Source: an uncultured delta proteobacterium (GTDB lineage: Bacteria > Desulfobacterota > Desulfobacteria > Desulfobacterales > QNYZ01). From it: a stretch of DNA of 64,000 nt. The stretch spans positions 3,375-67,374 of the forward strand of contig CAWANO010000001.1 of NCBI GenBank assembly GCA_963783425.1, given 5' to 3'. Made by a program: the position numbers and the translations under genes. Position 1 is the first letter of the stretch. The number at the start of each line of letters is the position of its first letter. Of the stretch, positions 55,776-64,000 are shown one piece after another. The notes beneath the pieces are model-generated. The model made no database searches. It was not told the DNA's origin and saw nothing but the letters and a program-made list of their open reading frames with translations.

Positions 55776-56480
55776 GTGAGCTGTGAATGCGAACGCATCG
55801 CCGGTGGTGATATTGAGTTGTCATCGATCTGTATCGGCAACCTGTGGATTTTCCAGAGCCTGGCACCGGAGGAGGTGCAGGCGCTCAGCCATGACGCCTT
55901 GCGCAGAAAGCTGGCAAAAGATGAAGCCCTGTTTTTGCAGGGAGACCCGGCCGATGAGATGTTTCTGATCAAAGGCGGGCTCGTCAAATTGAACAAGGTT
56001 CTGGAGGATGGCACCGAGATCACCCTCGATATTCGCAAAGCCGGTGATTTCGTGGGCGAGAACATGTTTTCGGAAGAGGGCCGTTACCCGGTCAGCGCCT
56101 ACTGTCTGGAAAACACACTGACCTGCGGGTTCAGCCGCCAGCAGTTTGAAAAGCTTATCCTGGAAAACCCCAACATCGGACTCCAGATCATCAAAAACCT
56201 GAGCGAGCGAATCGCCTGGCTCACAAGCCGGGTGGGTAGTTTGGCTGTCACCAACATCGAAGACCGCCTTTTTCGCGTGCTATCCAGCGTTGCCAGGGAG
56301 CATGGCGCCCCAAGCCCCCAGGGACTGGCGATCCAGTTCCCCCCCACCCACGAAGATTTGAGCTTTTTGACCGGTGCCCACCGCGTCTCGATCACGCGCG
56401 CCATGAAAGCGTTGAGAGAGGCCGGCAAGATCATCCACGAGGGCAAGATCCTGATCCTGCCGGAACTCGAAGCCGCTTAG
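55776..56480 (+). CDS. Crp/Fnr-family transcriptional regulator (GTG start, Cys-containing N-terminus)
   Basis: RBS AAGGAG 7 nt upstream. cNMP-binding-like barrel. C-terminal HTH THEDLSFLTGAHRVSITRAMKAL. N-terminus reads VSCECERI...C. Confidence 0.8.
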   Translation: MSCECERIAGGDIELSSICIGNLWIFQSLAPEEVQALSHDALRRKLAKDEALFLQGDPADEMFLIKGGLVKLNKVLEDGTEITLDIRKAGDFVGENMFSEEGRYPVSAYCLENTLTCGFSRQQFEKLILENPNIGLQIIKNLSERIAWLTSRVGSLAVTNIEDRLFRVLSSVAREHGAPSPQGLAIQFPPTHEDLSFLTGAHRVSITRAMKALREAGKIIHEGKILILPELEAA

Positions 56481-56590
56481 GCGGGTCTTTACAATATTTT
56501 CACGGCGTTTGTAACAGATGCTACCGATCCCCATCCCCGTGGCTGCTATGATCATTCAAAATCGTCAACAATCATATAGGAGAGATCATC

Positions 56591-57244
56591 ATGCAGCCAC
56601 AAATTCTGGGCATTTCCGGAAGTCCCATCAAAAACAGTAATACCGATCGCCTGATCGAGGCGGTGCTGGCATCGAGCGGTTTGAAATCCGAGTTCATCAA
56701 GCTGAGCAAGTCTCAGGTGCGACCGTGCATCGCCTGCCTGGGGTGCAAAAAAGACAACGTTTGCAAGGTGAAGGACGATTTTCCCGGGCTGGCCGAAAAG
56801 GTACGCCAGGCCGGTGCCGTTGTGGTGGGCGGTTATGCGCCCTACGGCGCCGTGGATGGTTTTACCAAAGCCTTTCTCGAACGGCTCTTCTCCCTGAGGC
56901 ACCAGAATGGCCTTAACCGCGGCAAGCTGGCCGTAGTGGTAGCCACCGGGATCGGCCGCGGCGCGCCGGGGGTGGAAGCCGCCGCCGGCCAGATTGCCCA
57001 CGCCTTGACCCTGGAGGGGATGGAGGTGCTCGACCAGTTGCAGATTACCGGAAATCCGGAATGCATGGTGTGCGGGTATGGCCAGACCTGCCCCATGAGT
57101 GCTTTGCCGTGGATATTCGGGGAAGACACCGAGGTCACCCCCGATAAGTTCAGCGCGGTGGAAGATCAGCGGGAGACTTGGCAGCGGGCCGAGGATTTAG
57201 GCAAGGAGGTTGCCAGAAGGCTGGGTGAACAACTGCGCATGTAA
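56591..57244 (+). CDS. Iron-sulfur flavoprotein / NADPH-dependent FMN reductase family
   Basis: GISGSPIKNSNT flavodoxin-like start. Compact C-x2-C-x2-C-x5-C motif (CIACLGCKKDNVC) characteristic of Isf proteins. Confidence 0.8.
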   Translation: MQPQILGISGSPIKNSNTDRLIEAVLASSGLKSEFIKLSKSQVRPCIACLGCKKDNVCKVKDDFPGLAEKVRQAGAVVVGGYAPYGAVDGFTKAFLERLFSLRHQNGLNRGKLAVVVATGIGRGAPGVEAAAGQIAHALTLEGMEVLDQLQITGNPECMVCGYGQTCPMSALPWIFGEDTEVTPDKFSAVEDQRETWQRAEDLGKEVARRLGEQLRM

Positions 57245-57333
57245 CTGTGGGTGACGGTAGCGGTCAGTGGCGATTTCAAGAGATCCAACACCTGTGCAAG
57301 GTAACCAAACAACCTGAAAGGAGATGTGCAACG

Positions 57334-57465
57334 ATGCCGAAATGCGGAATTTGCGGAGGTGGTGCCCCCAAATAGCCCTGCATCACCGAAGAGGGAAATT
57401 GTGACCTTTGCGGTCGAAAAGTACAGTTGGCCGAAGAGAAAAAGGAGAAGGAGGCCGACAAATAA
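57334..57465 (+). other. Tiny CxxC...CxxC ORF interrupted by an in-frame TAG (57373-57375)
   Basis: AGGAG lies 10 nt upstream. Reads MPKCGICGGGAPK-TAG-PCITEEGNCDLCGRKVQLAEEKKEKEADK-TAA, and a strong hairpin follows. Confidence 0.4.
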
Positions 57466-57480
57466 CCTTAATAGACTATT

Positions 57481-57512
57481 ACCGGCCCCTTGCGATGGTG
57501 TAAGGGGCCGGT
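57481..57512. terminator. Strong hairpin between convergent genes (bidirectional terminator candidate)
   Basis: ACCGGCCCCTT-gcgatggtgt-AAGGGGCCGGT, an 11-bp perfect stem. Confidence 0.65.
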
Positions 57513-57521
57513 TACTTAAAG

Positions 57522-58556
57522 CTACTGCTTGGGTTGGGGCGCAAAAGGGTTGCCGCCCAAGGCATTGGAAATGTCGGCGATGGCCTTTTGGGCGCGCACG
57601 CTGTTGCCGGCCGCATCCAGGGGAGGGGAGATGACGGCGATGCCGAACTTGCCGGGCGAAACTGCCAGGATACCGCCGCCCACGCCGCTTTTGGCCGGAA
57701 GGCCGGTGACGTAGAGCCATTTACCGGAGTCATCGTAGAGCCCGGCGGTGGCCATGACGGACAGGATTTCGGGCACGTTCTCACTGCTGACCACTTTCTT
57801 GCCGGTCACGGGGTTGGTGCCGCCATTGGCCAAGGTAGCCGCCATGGTGGCCAGATCCTTGGCATTGACGCCCACCGAGCATTGACGGGTGTAAATGTCG
57901 GTGGCCTGTAGCGGGTTTTCCTTGATCCGCCCATAAGCGTACATCAGCATGGCAAGGGCCTGGTTACGCTGATTGGTGGCCGCCTCCGACTCGTAAACAT
58001 CCTCGAGTACGGAGAGCTCGCGGGCCGCAAAGTCATTGTAGGTGCCGATGATGTTGTTCCAGACTGCCTCGGCCGTGTCGCCTCTGATCATGCTTGTGGC
58101 CGTAATAGCGCCGGGGTTGACCATGGCGTTCATCTCCTGCCCCTGATACTGCTCGATGGCCACGATCGAGTTGAACACTTGGCCTGTGGCGTCGACACCC
58201 ATCGTTTCTTCTATCACCTCAGTGCCTGACTCCTCGATGACGCGCGCCATGGTAAAGACTTTGGAGATGGACTGAATGGAGACCTCGCTGGTGACGTCGC
58301 CCTTGGTATATACCTCGCCGTCGGTGGTTATCAGGGCGATGCCGAACAGGTTGGGATCCACTTTGGCCAGAGCGGGAATGTAGTCCGCATTGGCGCCTTC
58401 CTGCAGATCCTTGTACTTGGCATACGCCTGGTCCAGGGCGGTGTTGATGACGTCGGCCGAAAGGGGCGGGGTACCTTTGCCGATGGCCGAAGCCGTGCCG
58501 AACAGCAGCAGGGCAACAGCCGCCAATAGAGCTACGGTGATTTTACGGTACTTCAT
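57522..58556 (-). CDS. glsA: Glutaminase A with signal peptide
   Basis: Start MKYRKITVALLAAVALLLFGTASA. Serine-beta-lactamase-like glutaminase motifs (SISKVF..., ...GGILAVSPGKFGIAV). Confidence 0.85.
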   Translation of the reverse strand: MKYRKITVALLAAVALLLFGTASAIGKGTPPLSADVINTALDQAYAKYKDLQEGANADYIPALAKVDPNLFGIALITTDGEVYTKGDVTSEVSIQSISKVFTMARVIEESGTEVIEETMGVDATGQVFNSIVAIEQYQGQEMNAMVNPGAITATSMIRGDTAEAVWNNIIGTYNDFAARELSVLEDVYESEAATNQRNQALAMLMYAYGRIKENPLQATDIYTRQCSVGVNAKDLATMAATLANGGTNPVTGKKVVSSENVPEILSVMATAGLYDDSGKWLYVTGLPAKSGVGGGILAVSPGKFGIAVISPPLDAAGNSVRAQKAIADISNALGGNPFAPQPKQ

Positions 58557-58573
58557 GATAATACTCCAGCCGG

Positions 58574-59820
58574 TTAATCCACACAAGCATAGACGGGGTG
58601 TTCGCTGCAGATGGCAGCGACTTTCGCAGCAGCCTCTTCCATCACTCCCATTTTGCTGCGGTTGCTGATTACTCTATCGATAAGACCGACAATCTGTTCC
58701 GCTGCGGATGCGCCTAAGCCCCGGGCGCTTATGGCTGAGGCACCGACCCGGATGCCACTGGCCTGATCTGGCGGTCGCGGGTCGTTGGGAATGACATTGC
58801 GGTTGACAATGATACCGACCGACTCCAGCGCCGCTTCGGCCTCGCGTCCGCTCACCGCCTTTGTCCGCAGATCCACCAGCACCATATGATTGTCCGTGCC
58901 GCCCGATATGAGGCGGTAGCCCCGCTGTTTAAATTCAGCGGCCATGGTGGCGGCGTTGGCAATTGTGCTTCGCTGCAACGCTGCAAATTCCGGAGTTGCG
59001 GCCAGGTGAAAGCAAGTGGCCTTGGCCGCTACCTGGTTCAGGGCCGGCGTGCCCTGAGTGCCCGGAAAGACGGCCCGGTCGATGCGACGGGCGAACTCCC
59101 GGCGGCAGGCGATCACGCCCCCGCGCCCGCCCATCAGGGTCTTGTAGGTGGTAAAGGTGACAAAGTCGCTGACCGGCACAGGGCTGGGGATCACGCCCGC
59201 GGCCACCAGACCGGCAATGTGGGCCATGTCCACCATCAGGTGGGCCGAAACTTTCGCGGGCGATACGTGGCCAGGCGCTCGTAGTCGATCAGGCGCGCGT
59301 AGGCGCTGGCCCCGGCCACGATCATGCGCGGTCTGAATGCGGCGGCCTGTGCCTCGATAGCGTTGTAATCGAGCCGTTCCGTGCGGGAATCGAGACCGTA
59401 ATGGGCGAACTGGAAACAACGGCTGGTGATGGAGGCGGCGTCCCCGTGAGAGAGGTGGCCGCCGTGGGAGAGCCGCATGGCCAGGATGCGATCGCCCGGT
59501 TTCATGACAGCGAAATAGACGGCCAGGTTGGCCGAGGAGCCGCTGTGGGGCTGCACGTTGATGTGCTCGGCCCCAAAGAGGCGCCGGCCGCGTTCCACGG
59601 CCAGCCGTTCGAGATCATCGGCGTTGCCGCAGCCGGCATGAAAGCGCCGGCCTGGATAGCCTTCGGCGGCTTTTAAGTTGAAGGCGCACCCTAAGGCCTC
59701 CAAAATTGAAAGCGGCGGGTGGCTTTCGGCGGCGATCAGGTCGAGCGTATTCTCGATACGCGCCTTTTCAGCCGCGATGAGCTGGTGAACTTCCGGATCG
59801 TCAAGATCCAGGTAGCGCAT
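58574..59820 (-). pseudogene. Serine hydroxymethyltransferase-like gene, frame disrupted near 59236-59290
   Basis: N-terminal half is in ORF 59236..59850 (LIAAESHP..., HGGHLSHG). C-terminal half is in ORF 58574..59419 (HLMVDMAHIAGLVA..., TTYKTLMGGRGG where canonical SHMT has TTHKTLRGPRGG). Confidence 0.7.
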
Positions 59821-59922
59821 AGCGGGTCTTTCGAAATCCGACACGGTCAAACAGTTTCATGGATCGCTCTTCTATTTGTCACAACCGTAAGCGGTCGTTT
59901 CCGAATGCCGGACCCAGTGCGC

Positions 59923-61227
59923 TTACTCGTCCGTGGAAATCAGGTCCCGAATCTTTTTACGCAATATCTGCTGGGTTTCCGACAGGGTCCTCATCTGATC
60001 ATCGGTGAGGATGCCTTCAAGTTTCTGGCGGGTCTCTTTTTGGAGCGCCTCGAAATCACTTCTAAACTCCTCGAAAGTAACTCTGAAGCGGTCGAGCAGG
60101 CTGCTCCAGCGCGCCACCTCTTCCAGGAAGATCGGCCGAAAGCGTTCAATCTGTTGGGGGGTGAGATCGAGAAAGGTGGTGATCTGGTCGAAGAGCACCT
60201 CGCGCACCGTTTCGACCACTTTGGTGGTCAACTCGGCCAAGTAGCGCTTGATCTCGGCCATCTGCTGGCTATCGAGAAACTCAGTGAGCCGCATTTCGGC
60301 GGTTCCGGCAATGGCGCCGAGCTGCCGCGAGAGCGATTGGTAGTCGAACAACCCCAGCCCCGCTTGGGCCACGATCGCCTTGTTGATCTCGCCCACGGCC
60401 ATCTCGATCACCACCTGCAACTGGGTGCGTTGCTCGGCGGTGAGATTGAGCTGCGGCTCAACGGCGCTCATTACCTTATCAGCGATAAAGGTCTCCAGGT
60501 CGGCGCCTGTAGCCTGTGATGGATACTCGGCCCCCTCCTCGATCAATTTTCGCGCCAGAGCCTCCTTGAGCATCTCCTTGCTCATGGCGACCACCACCAC
60601 CGTAGTGAGCCCGGCGATGGTTACACCCTCATCTCCGCCGATTTCGGTCAGTTCGATATCGGGCAAAGTGCCCGAGTGGACGCTGCCGTCCCTGCGGTGC
60701 AAGTTGAATTTGGCATCCTTGATTACCAGCCGGCTGACCGATATGCGCCGCGGCTGATCGGATTTTTTGCCGCCGGATTTCTTCTTTTTTGATTCACGCT
60801 CGCTCTTTCCTATGTTCCTCTCAACGTTGTTCCGGATCTCCTTGAGATTAAAGCCGCCGCCTTCCTTCAATTCAAGATTGAGGACGGGCGAATCGATCAC
60901 CAATTCGTCCAGCACCAGGGGATGTCTGCCGGTAATGATCGAAAGGAGGCCCAGGTTGAGTTGCAACAGGTCCATCTCGAAAGCATTTTCCGTCACATAC
61001 CCTTCGGGATTGGCCACGGTGAGGCCCGTGATCTGACCGGCGCCTTGCAGGAGCTTCAGGTTGACCCTGTCGACATTGACGGGCACTTCGGTCAGTTCGC
61101 TGCCCGATGTCTCGATTTTGGTCTGCACGCGTTTGTTGAGGCCTGCACAACCGCTAAGGAGGGTGATCACAAGCAAGGCCATCCAAGAAACCCGGGCCAA
61201 TTTTTTAATTGTGTGTATTCCTGTCAC
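59923..61227 (-). CDS. Lipoprotein with three C-terminal LTxxQ (CpxP/Spy-like) motifs
   Basis: Lipobox LLSGC. LTAEQRTQL, LTPQQIERF and LTDDQMRTL lie in a helical C-terminal half. Confidence 0.65.
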   Translation of the reverse strand: MTGIHTIKKLARVSWMALLVITLLSGCAGLNKRVQTKIETSGSELTEVPVNVDRVNLKLLQGAGQITGLTVANPEGYVTENAFEMDLLQLNLGLLSIITGRHPLVLDELVIDSPVLNLELKEGGGFNLKEIRNNVERNIGKSERESKKKKSGGKKSDQPRRISVSRLVIKDAKFNLHRRDGSVHSGTLPDIELTEIGGDEGVTIAGLTTVVVVAMSKEMLKEALARKLIEEGAEYPSQATGADLETFIADKVMSAVEPQLNLTAEQRTQLQVVIEMAVGEINKAIVAQAGLGLFDYQSLSRQLGAIAGTAEMRLTEFLDSQQMAEIKRYLAELTTKVVETVREVLFDQITTFLDLTPQQIERFRPIFLEEVARWSSLLDRFRVTFEEFRSDFEALQKETRQKLEGILTDDQMRTLSETQQILRKKIRDLISTDE

Positions 61228-61238
61228 CTAAAAACCTG

Positions 61239-61635
61239 CTACACATCGTCGTAGTCCATCTCCACCAGCGGTCGCAGCGCCTCTTTCTCCTCTTCATCGT
61301 TCCAGCGGTCATAGATCATCTTGGCGGCGCCACGCGCTAACTGGTCCCGAAGCTTGCGGGCCACGCCGGTGTAGCGGCCTTCGAGGTCTTGCAACAGTTT
61401 GGTGTTGTCAAATATTTCAGATTCGATTTTGGCCATGGCTTCTTTTAGGGTGCAATTTTCGGCGTCAATGGAAGTGAAGCGCTGACGTACGCCACTGGGT
61501 GGCCTGGGCACCCTTGTCGGCCAGTGTTTTGCTGGTTTCTACGGCCTTGTCCTTAACCGTATGCCAATTGGACTTGATTTTGTCGTAGATGGAACTGTCG
61601 GGCGGGATCTCTTGAGGCTGGTTTGGGTTTTCCAT
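61239..61635 (-). pseudogene. Small hypothetical gene apparently split by a frameshift (56-aa ORF 61465..61635 + ORF 61239..61511)
   Basis: The upstream piece has a strong RBS (AGGGAGA) and ATG at 61635. The downstream piece has no convincing start of its own. The two overlap in 61465-61511. Confidence 0.35.
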
Positions 61636-62230
61636 GAGCATTCTCCCTTCGTGATGTTCGGATGTTTGTGGGTGACTCTGGGATCGAGAACGGGGAAGGT
61701 GAAACCTTTATAAAATTAGCGCCTATATACGGTGTTTGTCAATCATCGACGTTGCATGAGCTGCCAGTTTCAGATCTTTAACTAACCTAAGATTTGTAAA
61801 CATGAGCCAGTTGCTGCAATGATCGTCGTACCCCCACGGTATTTTGGGTTTGCAGCGCGTTCTGGACCGTTGGCCCTGGTTTGAAGCGCTATTTTCAGAA
61901 GGCCGAATGCCAAGCTGTCAAAATATTGGCCAGAAGCGCTTGCATAGATGAAGTTTATGGTAACTATAATCATATAGTCTATAGTAACGCACGCGATTTG
62001 ATACTTAAAGGCGTTGCTTAAAGCGGGCAATATTCGATTTTATGCTAAAAATCCGGGAAAATTTCGTTCAGCTGATTCGACGGGTAGGTTTTATACCGCC
62101 AAGCCTTGCATATCCCCATCATCACTGAATCCACGTTTCAGCCAGGAATAACCAGTCCACGATAGTGTCTGAATCCGATCGCTGGTTCAGGCTTTCTCAT
62201 ATTCAATCTGCCCAGGTGGGTAGTAATCTC

Positions 62231-62446
62231 ATGTCCACCACCACTGTAACACGCACACCTACAATTGAATTTTTGGTTCAATTCAGCGCAGTGTACACGG
62301 GCCAACAGGCGCCTGCGGGCGCTTCGAACGTGATATTCGGCCGTCCTGACCTGGATAAATCATACATTTCGCACATTTCTGGTAATTGGCATCCAATTTT
62401 ATTTGACCCGTCAGGGCGTCTCATAACCACCTGCCCTGAACGATAG
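62231..62446 (+). CDS. Hypothetical small protein (71 aa) upstream of the nitrilase
   Basis: ORF ends 9 nt before the nitrilase ATG; no recognisable domain. Confidence 0.3.
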   Translation: MSTTTVTRTPTIEFLVQFSAVYTGQQAPAGASNVIFGRPDLDKSYISHISGNWHPILFDPSGRLITTCPER

Positions 62447-62455
62447 GGGGCACAA

Positions 62456-63487
62456 ATGACCGAAGACAAATTCAAAATTGCAGCCGTTCAGGCCACGCCG
62501 GTGTTTATGAACCGCGATGCCACGGTGGAAAAAGCTTGCCGGTTAATCGAAGAGGCTGCTGCCAATGGGGCCCGGCTGGTTTTTTTCCCGGAAGCCTTCA
62601 TTCCCACCTATCCGGACTGGATTTGGTTTGTTCCGGCCGGACAGATCGCGTTAAACCAAAAACTGTACGGAGCTTTGCTGGACCAGGCCGTCGCCGTCCC
62701 CGGCGAAACCACGGAGCGGTTGTGCCAAGCCGCCCGGGAAGCGGGCGTTTTCGTTTCCATGGGCATCAACGAACGTAATGACAATGCCAGCGGGGGCACG
62801 ATCTATAACACCAATATTCTGATCAACACTGAGGGCGACTTGATCGATCGCCATCAGAAACTCGTTCCCACCGTATCGGAGCGCACCATCTGGGCCTATG
62901 GCGACCCCGGCACCCTGGCGGTGCACCAAACAGACATCGGCAAAATCGGCGGGCTCATTTGCCATGAAAATTACATGCCGCTGGTGCGCTACAGCCTATA
63001 TGGGCGCGGTATCGAACTCTACCTGGCGCCCACCTACGACGAAAGCGAGATGTGGCAATCCACAATCCGGCATATCGCCCGGGAAGGGCGTGTCTACGCG
63101 GCGGGTTGTTGCATGGTGCTGAAAAAAGAGGCGATTCTGGAACGCTTTTCGGAACTTGCACCCTTTTACGAAGCGGCCGGCAAGTGGATCAACAGCGGCA
63201 ACAGCGTGATCGCCGACCCTGAAGGCAATATCGTCGCCGGCCCCTTAAGCCAGGCAGAGGGTATCCTCTATGCCGATGTGGACCTTGAACATGTCCGTAG
63301 CACCCGCTGGAATCTGGACGTCGCCGGCCACTACTCGCGCCCTGATGCGTTTCAACTGACGGTGCGGACCGCACCCGCACCGATCCTTCGGGTTGAAAGC
63401 GGCGCTGGTCTGCCTCATGAAGATGCTTTAAAAGAGGAGCTGTTCAACGAAGATGGTGATTCAGGTCAAAAATCGATATTCTTGTAG
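62456..63487 (+). CDS. Nitrilase (nitrilase/cyanide hydratase branch)
   Basis: FFPEAF (Glu), HQKLVPT (Lys), GGLICHENYMPL (Cys) catalytic triad context. Confidence 0.85.
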   Translation: MTEDKFKIAAVQATPVFMNRDATVEKACRLIEEAAANGARLVFFPEAFIPTYPDWIWFVPAGQIALNQKLYGALLDQAVAVPGETTERLCQAAREAGVFVSMGINERNDNASGGTIYNTNILINTEGDLIDRHQKLVPTVSERTIWAYGDPGTLAVHQTDIGKIGGLICHENYMPLVRYSLYGRGIELYLAPTYDESEMWQSTIRHIAREGRVYAAGCCMVLKKEAILERFSELAPFYEAAGKWINSGNSVIADPEGNIVAGPLSQAEGILYADVDLEHVRSTRWNLDVAGHYSRPDAFQLTVRTAPAPILRVESGAGLPHEDALKEELFNEDGDSGQKSIFL

Positions 63488-63763
63488 CAATGGGGTGAAA
63501 ATGGAAACAGAGGTTTAAAGATGTACGACCTGTAACCGATCAGGGGCTTGTCAGTTAAAACCCTGATGCGAGTCTAAGTGCACCTATTCGCAAATACGAT
63601 GACATTCGGCCGCCAATCCATCCGGGCTAACGGCGTTGCGAAAACACGCAATATTCCCGATATTGCTCATTTTCCGCGCCTTGTCAGCCCGGCGCCTTGA
63701 CGCCCTCATTACGTCACCGTTTTTACGAACAGGAGCACTAAGGCGTACAAAGGAGATCACATA

Positions 63764-64000
63764 ATGAAAGCATTGAACCCGAAAGGTACCGAAGACCTCA
63801 AGAGTAGTTTCCGGGGAGAAGTTATTCTTCCCAACGACGACGGTTACGAAAGTTCGCGCCAGATCTGGAACGGCATGTTCGACCGCAAACCGGCCTTGAT
63901 TGCACGCTGCGTGGGGACCAGCGATGTCATCCAGGCCGTCAACTTCGCGCGTGACAATCATCTGCTTACCGCCGTCAAGGGCGGCGGACATAACTCCGCC
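63764..64000 (+). CDS. FAD-binding (FAD_binding_4/PCMH-type) oxidoreductase, N-terminal part (continues past window)
   Basis: RBS AAGGAG. ...PALIARCVGTSDVIQAVNFARDNHLLTAVKGGGHN... is the canonical FAD-binding start. Confidence 0.8.
   Translation, partial: MKALNPKGTEDLKSSFRGEVILPNDDGYESSRQIWNGMFDRKPALIARCVGTSDVIQAVNFARDNHLLTAVKGGGHNSA

Noticed and set aside
61640-62230. About 600 nt with no convincing ORF and somewhat lower GC upstream of the nitrilase region, including ORF 61782..62030(-).
   Set aside because: I could not recognise any repeat, RNA fold or motif by eye, and the 82-aa ORF has no RBS or domain. It is left unannotated. A covariance-model scan would be the right test.
63584-63991. 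ORF 63584..63991(-) 135 aa.
   Set aside because: It lies antisense to a plus-strand gene with a strong RBS and the canonical FAD_binding_4 N-terminus (63764 onward).

Overview
The window looks like chromosomal DNA from a high-GC, selenocysteine-using anaerobe. The gene content (hdr/mvhD/metF, sigma-54 regulators, PAS kinases) fits a Desulfobacterota-type organism, but that taxonomic call is inference only.

Gene order, left to right:
- Two diverged IS66-family copies in head-to-tail tandem (1-2482).
- A znuA-znuC-znuB-zur zinc uptake operon on the minus strand.
- A sigma-54 enhancer-binding protein, divergent from a -24/-12 promoter.
- A seven-gene cluster driven by that promoter (7.5-15.3 kb): tusA-like, HdrD-like, MetF-like, double HdrA, MvhD, MetV, MetF. 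The HdrD-like gene is split in the ORF track by an in-frame UGA that I read as selenocysteine.
- A receiver/ACT/ACT/PAS-kinase/hybrid-kinase block.
- A cysteine desulfurase.
- A visibly AT-richer accessory island of about 10.7 kb (about 21.4-32.1 kb). It holds an IS110 element, small envelope proteins, an XRE regulator, a Rep-like gene followed by three 26-bp iterons and an AT-rich stretch, and a serine-recombinase pair at its right edge.
- A second UGA-recoded gene immediately after the island (DsbA-like, UPWC motif).
- A 7-kb segment (catalase 3' fragment, lpd-aceF-aceE, nicotinamidase fragment) bracketed by direct repeats of a ybaK / glycerophosphodiesterase-3' region.
- A standalone TIR-domain gene coupled to a thioesterase.
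- An ABC transporter, an SLC13/TrkA-C transporter and various metabolic genes.
- A tiny CxxC...CxxC ORF interrupted by an in-frame UAG.
- A nitrilase and a partial FAD oxidoreductase.

At least six reading-frame disruptions lie between 40.8 and 61.6 kb. They are either real decay or indel errors. I recognised no rRNA, tRNA or CRISPR array.
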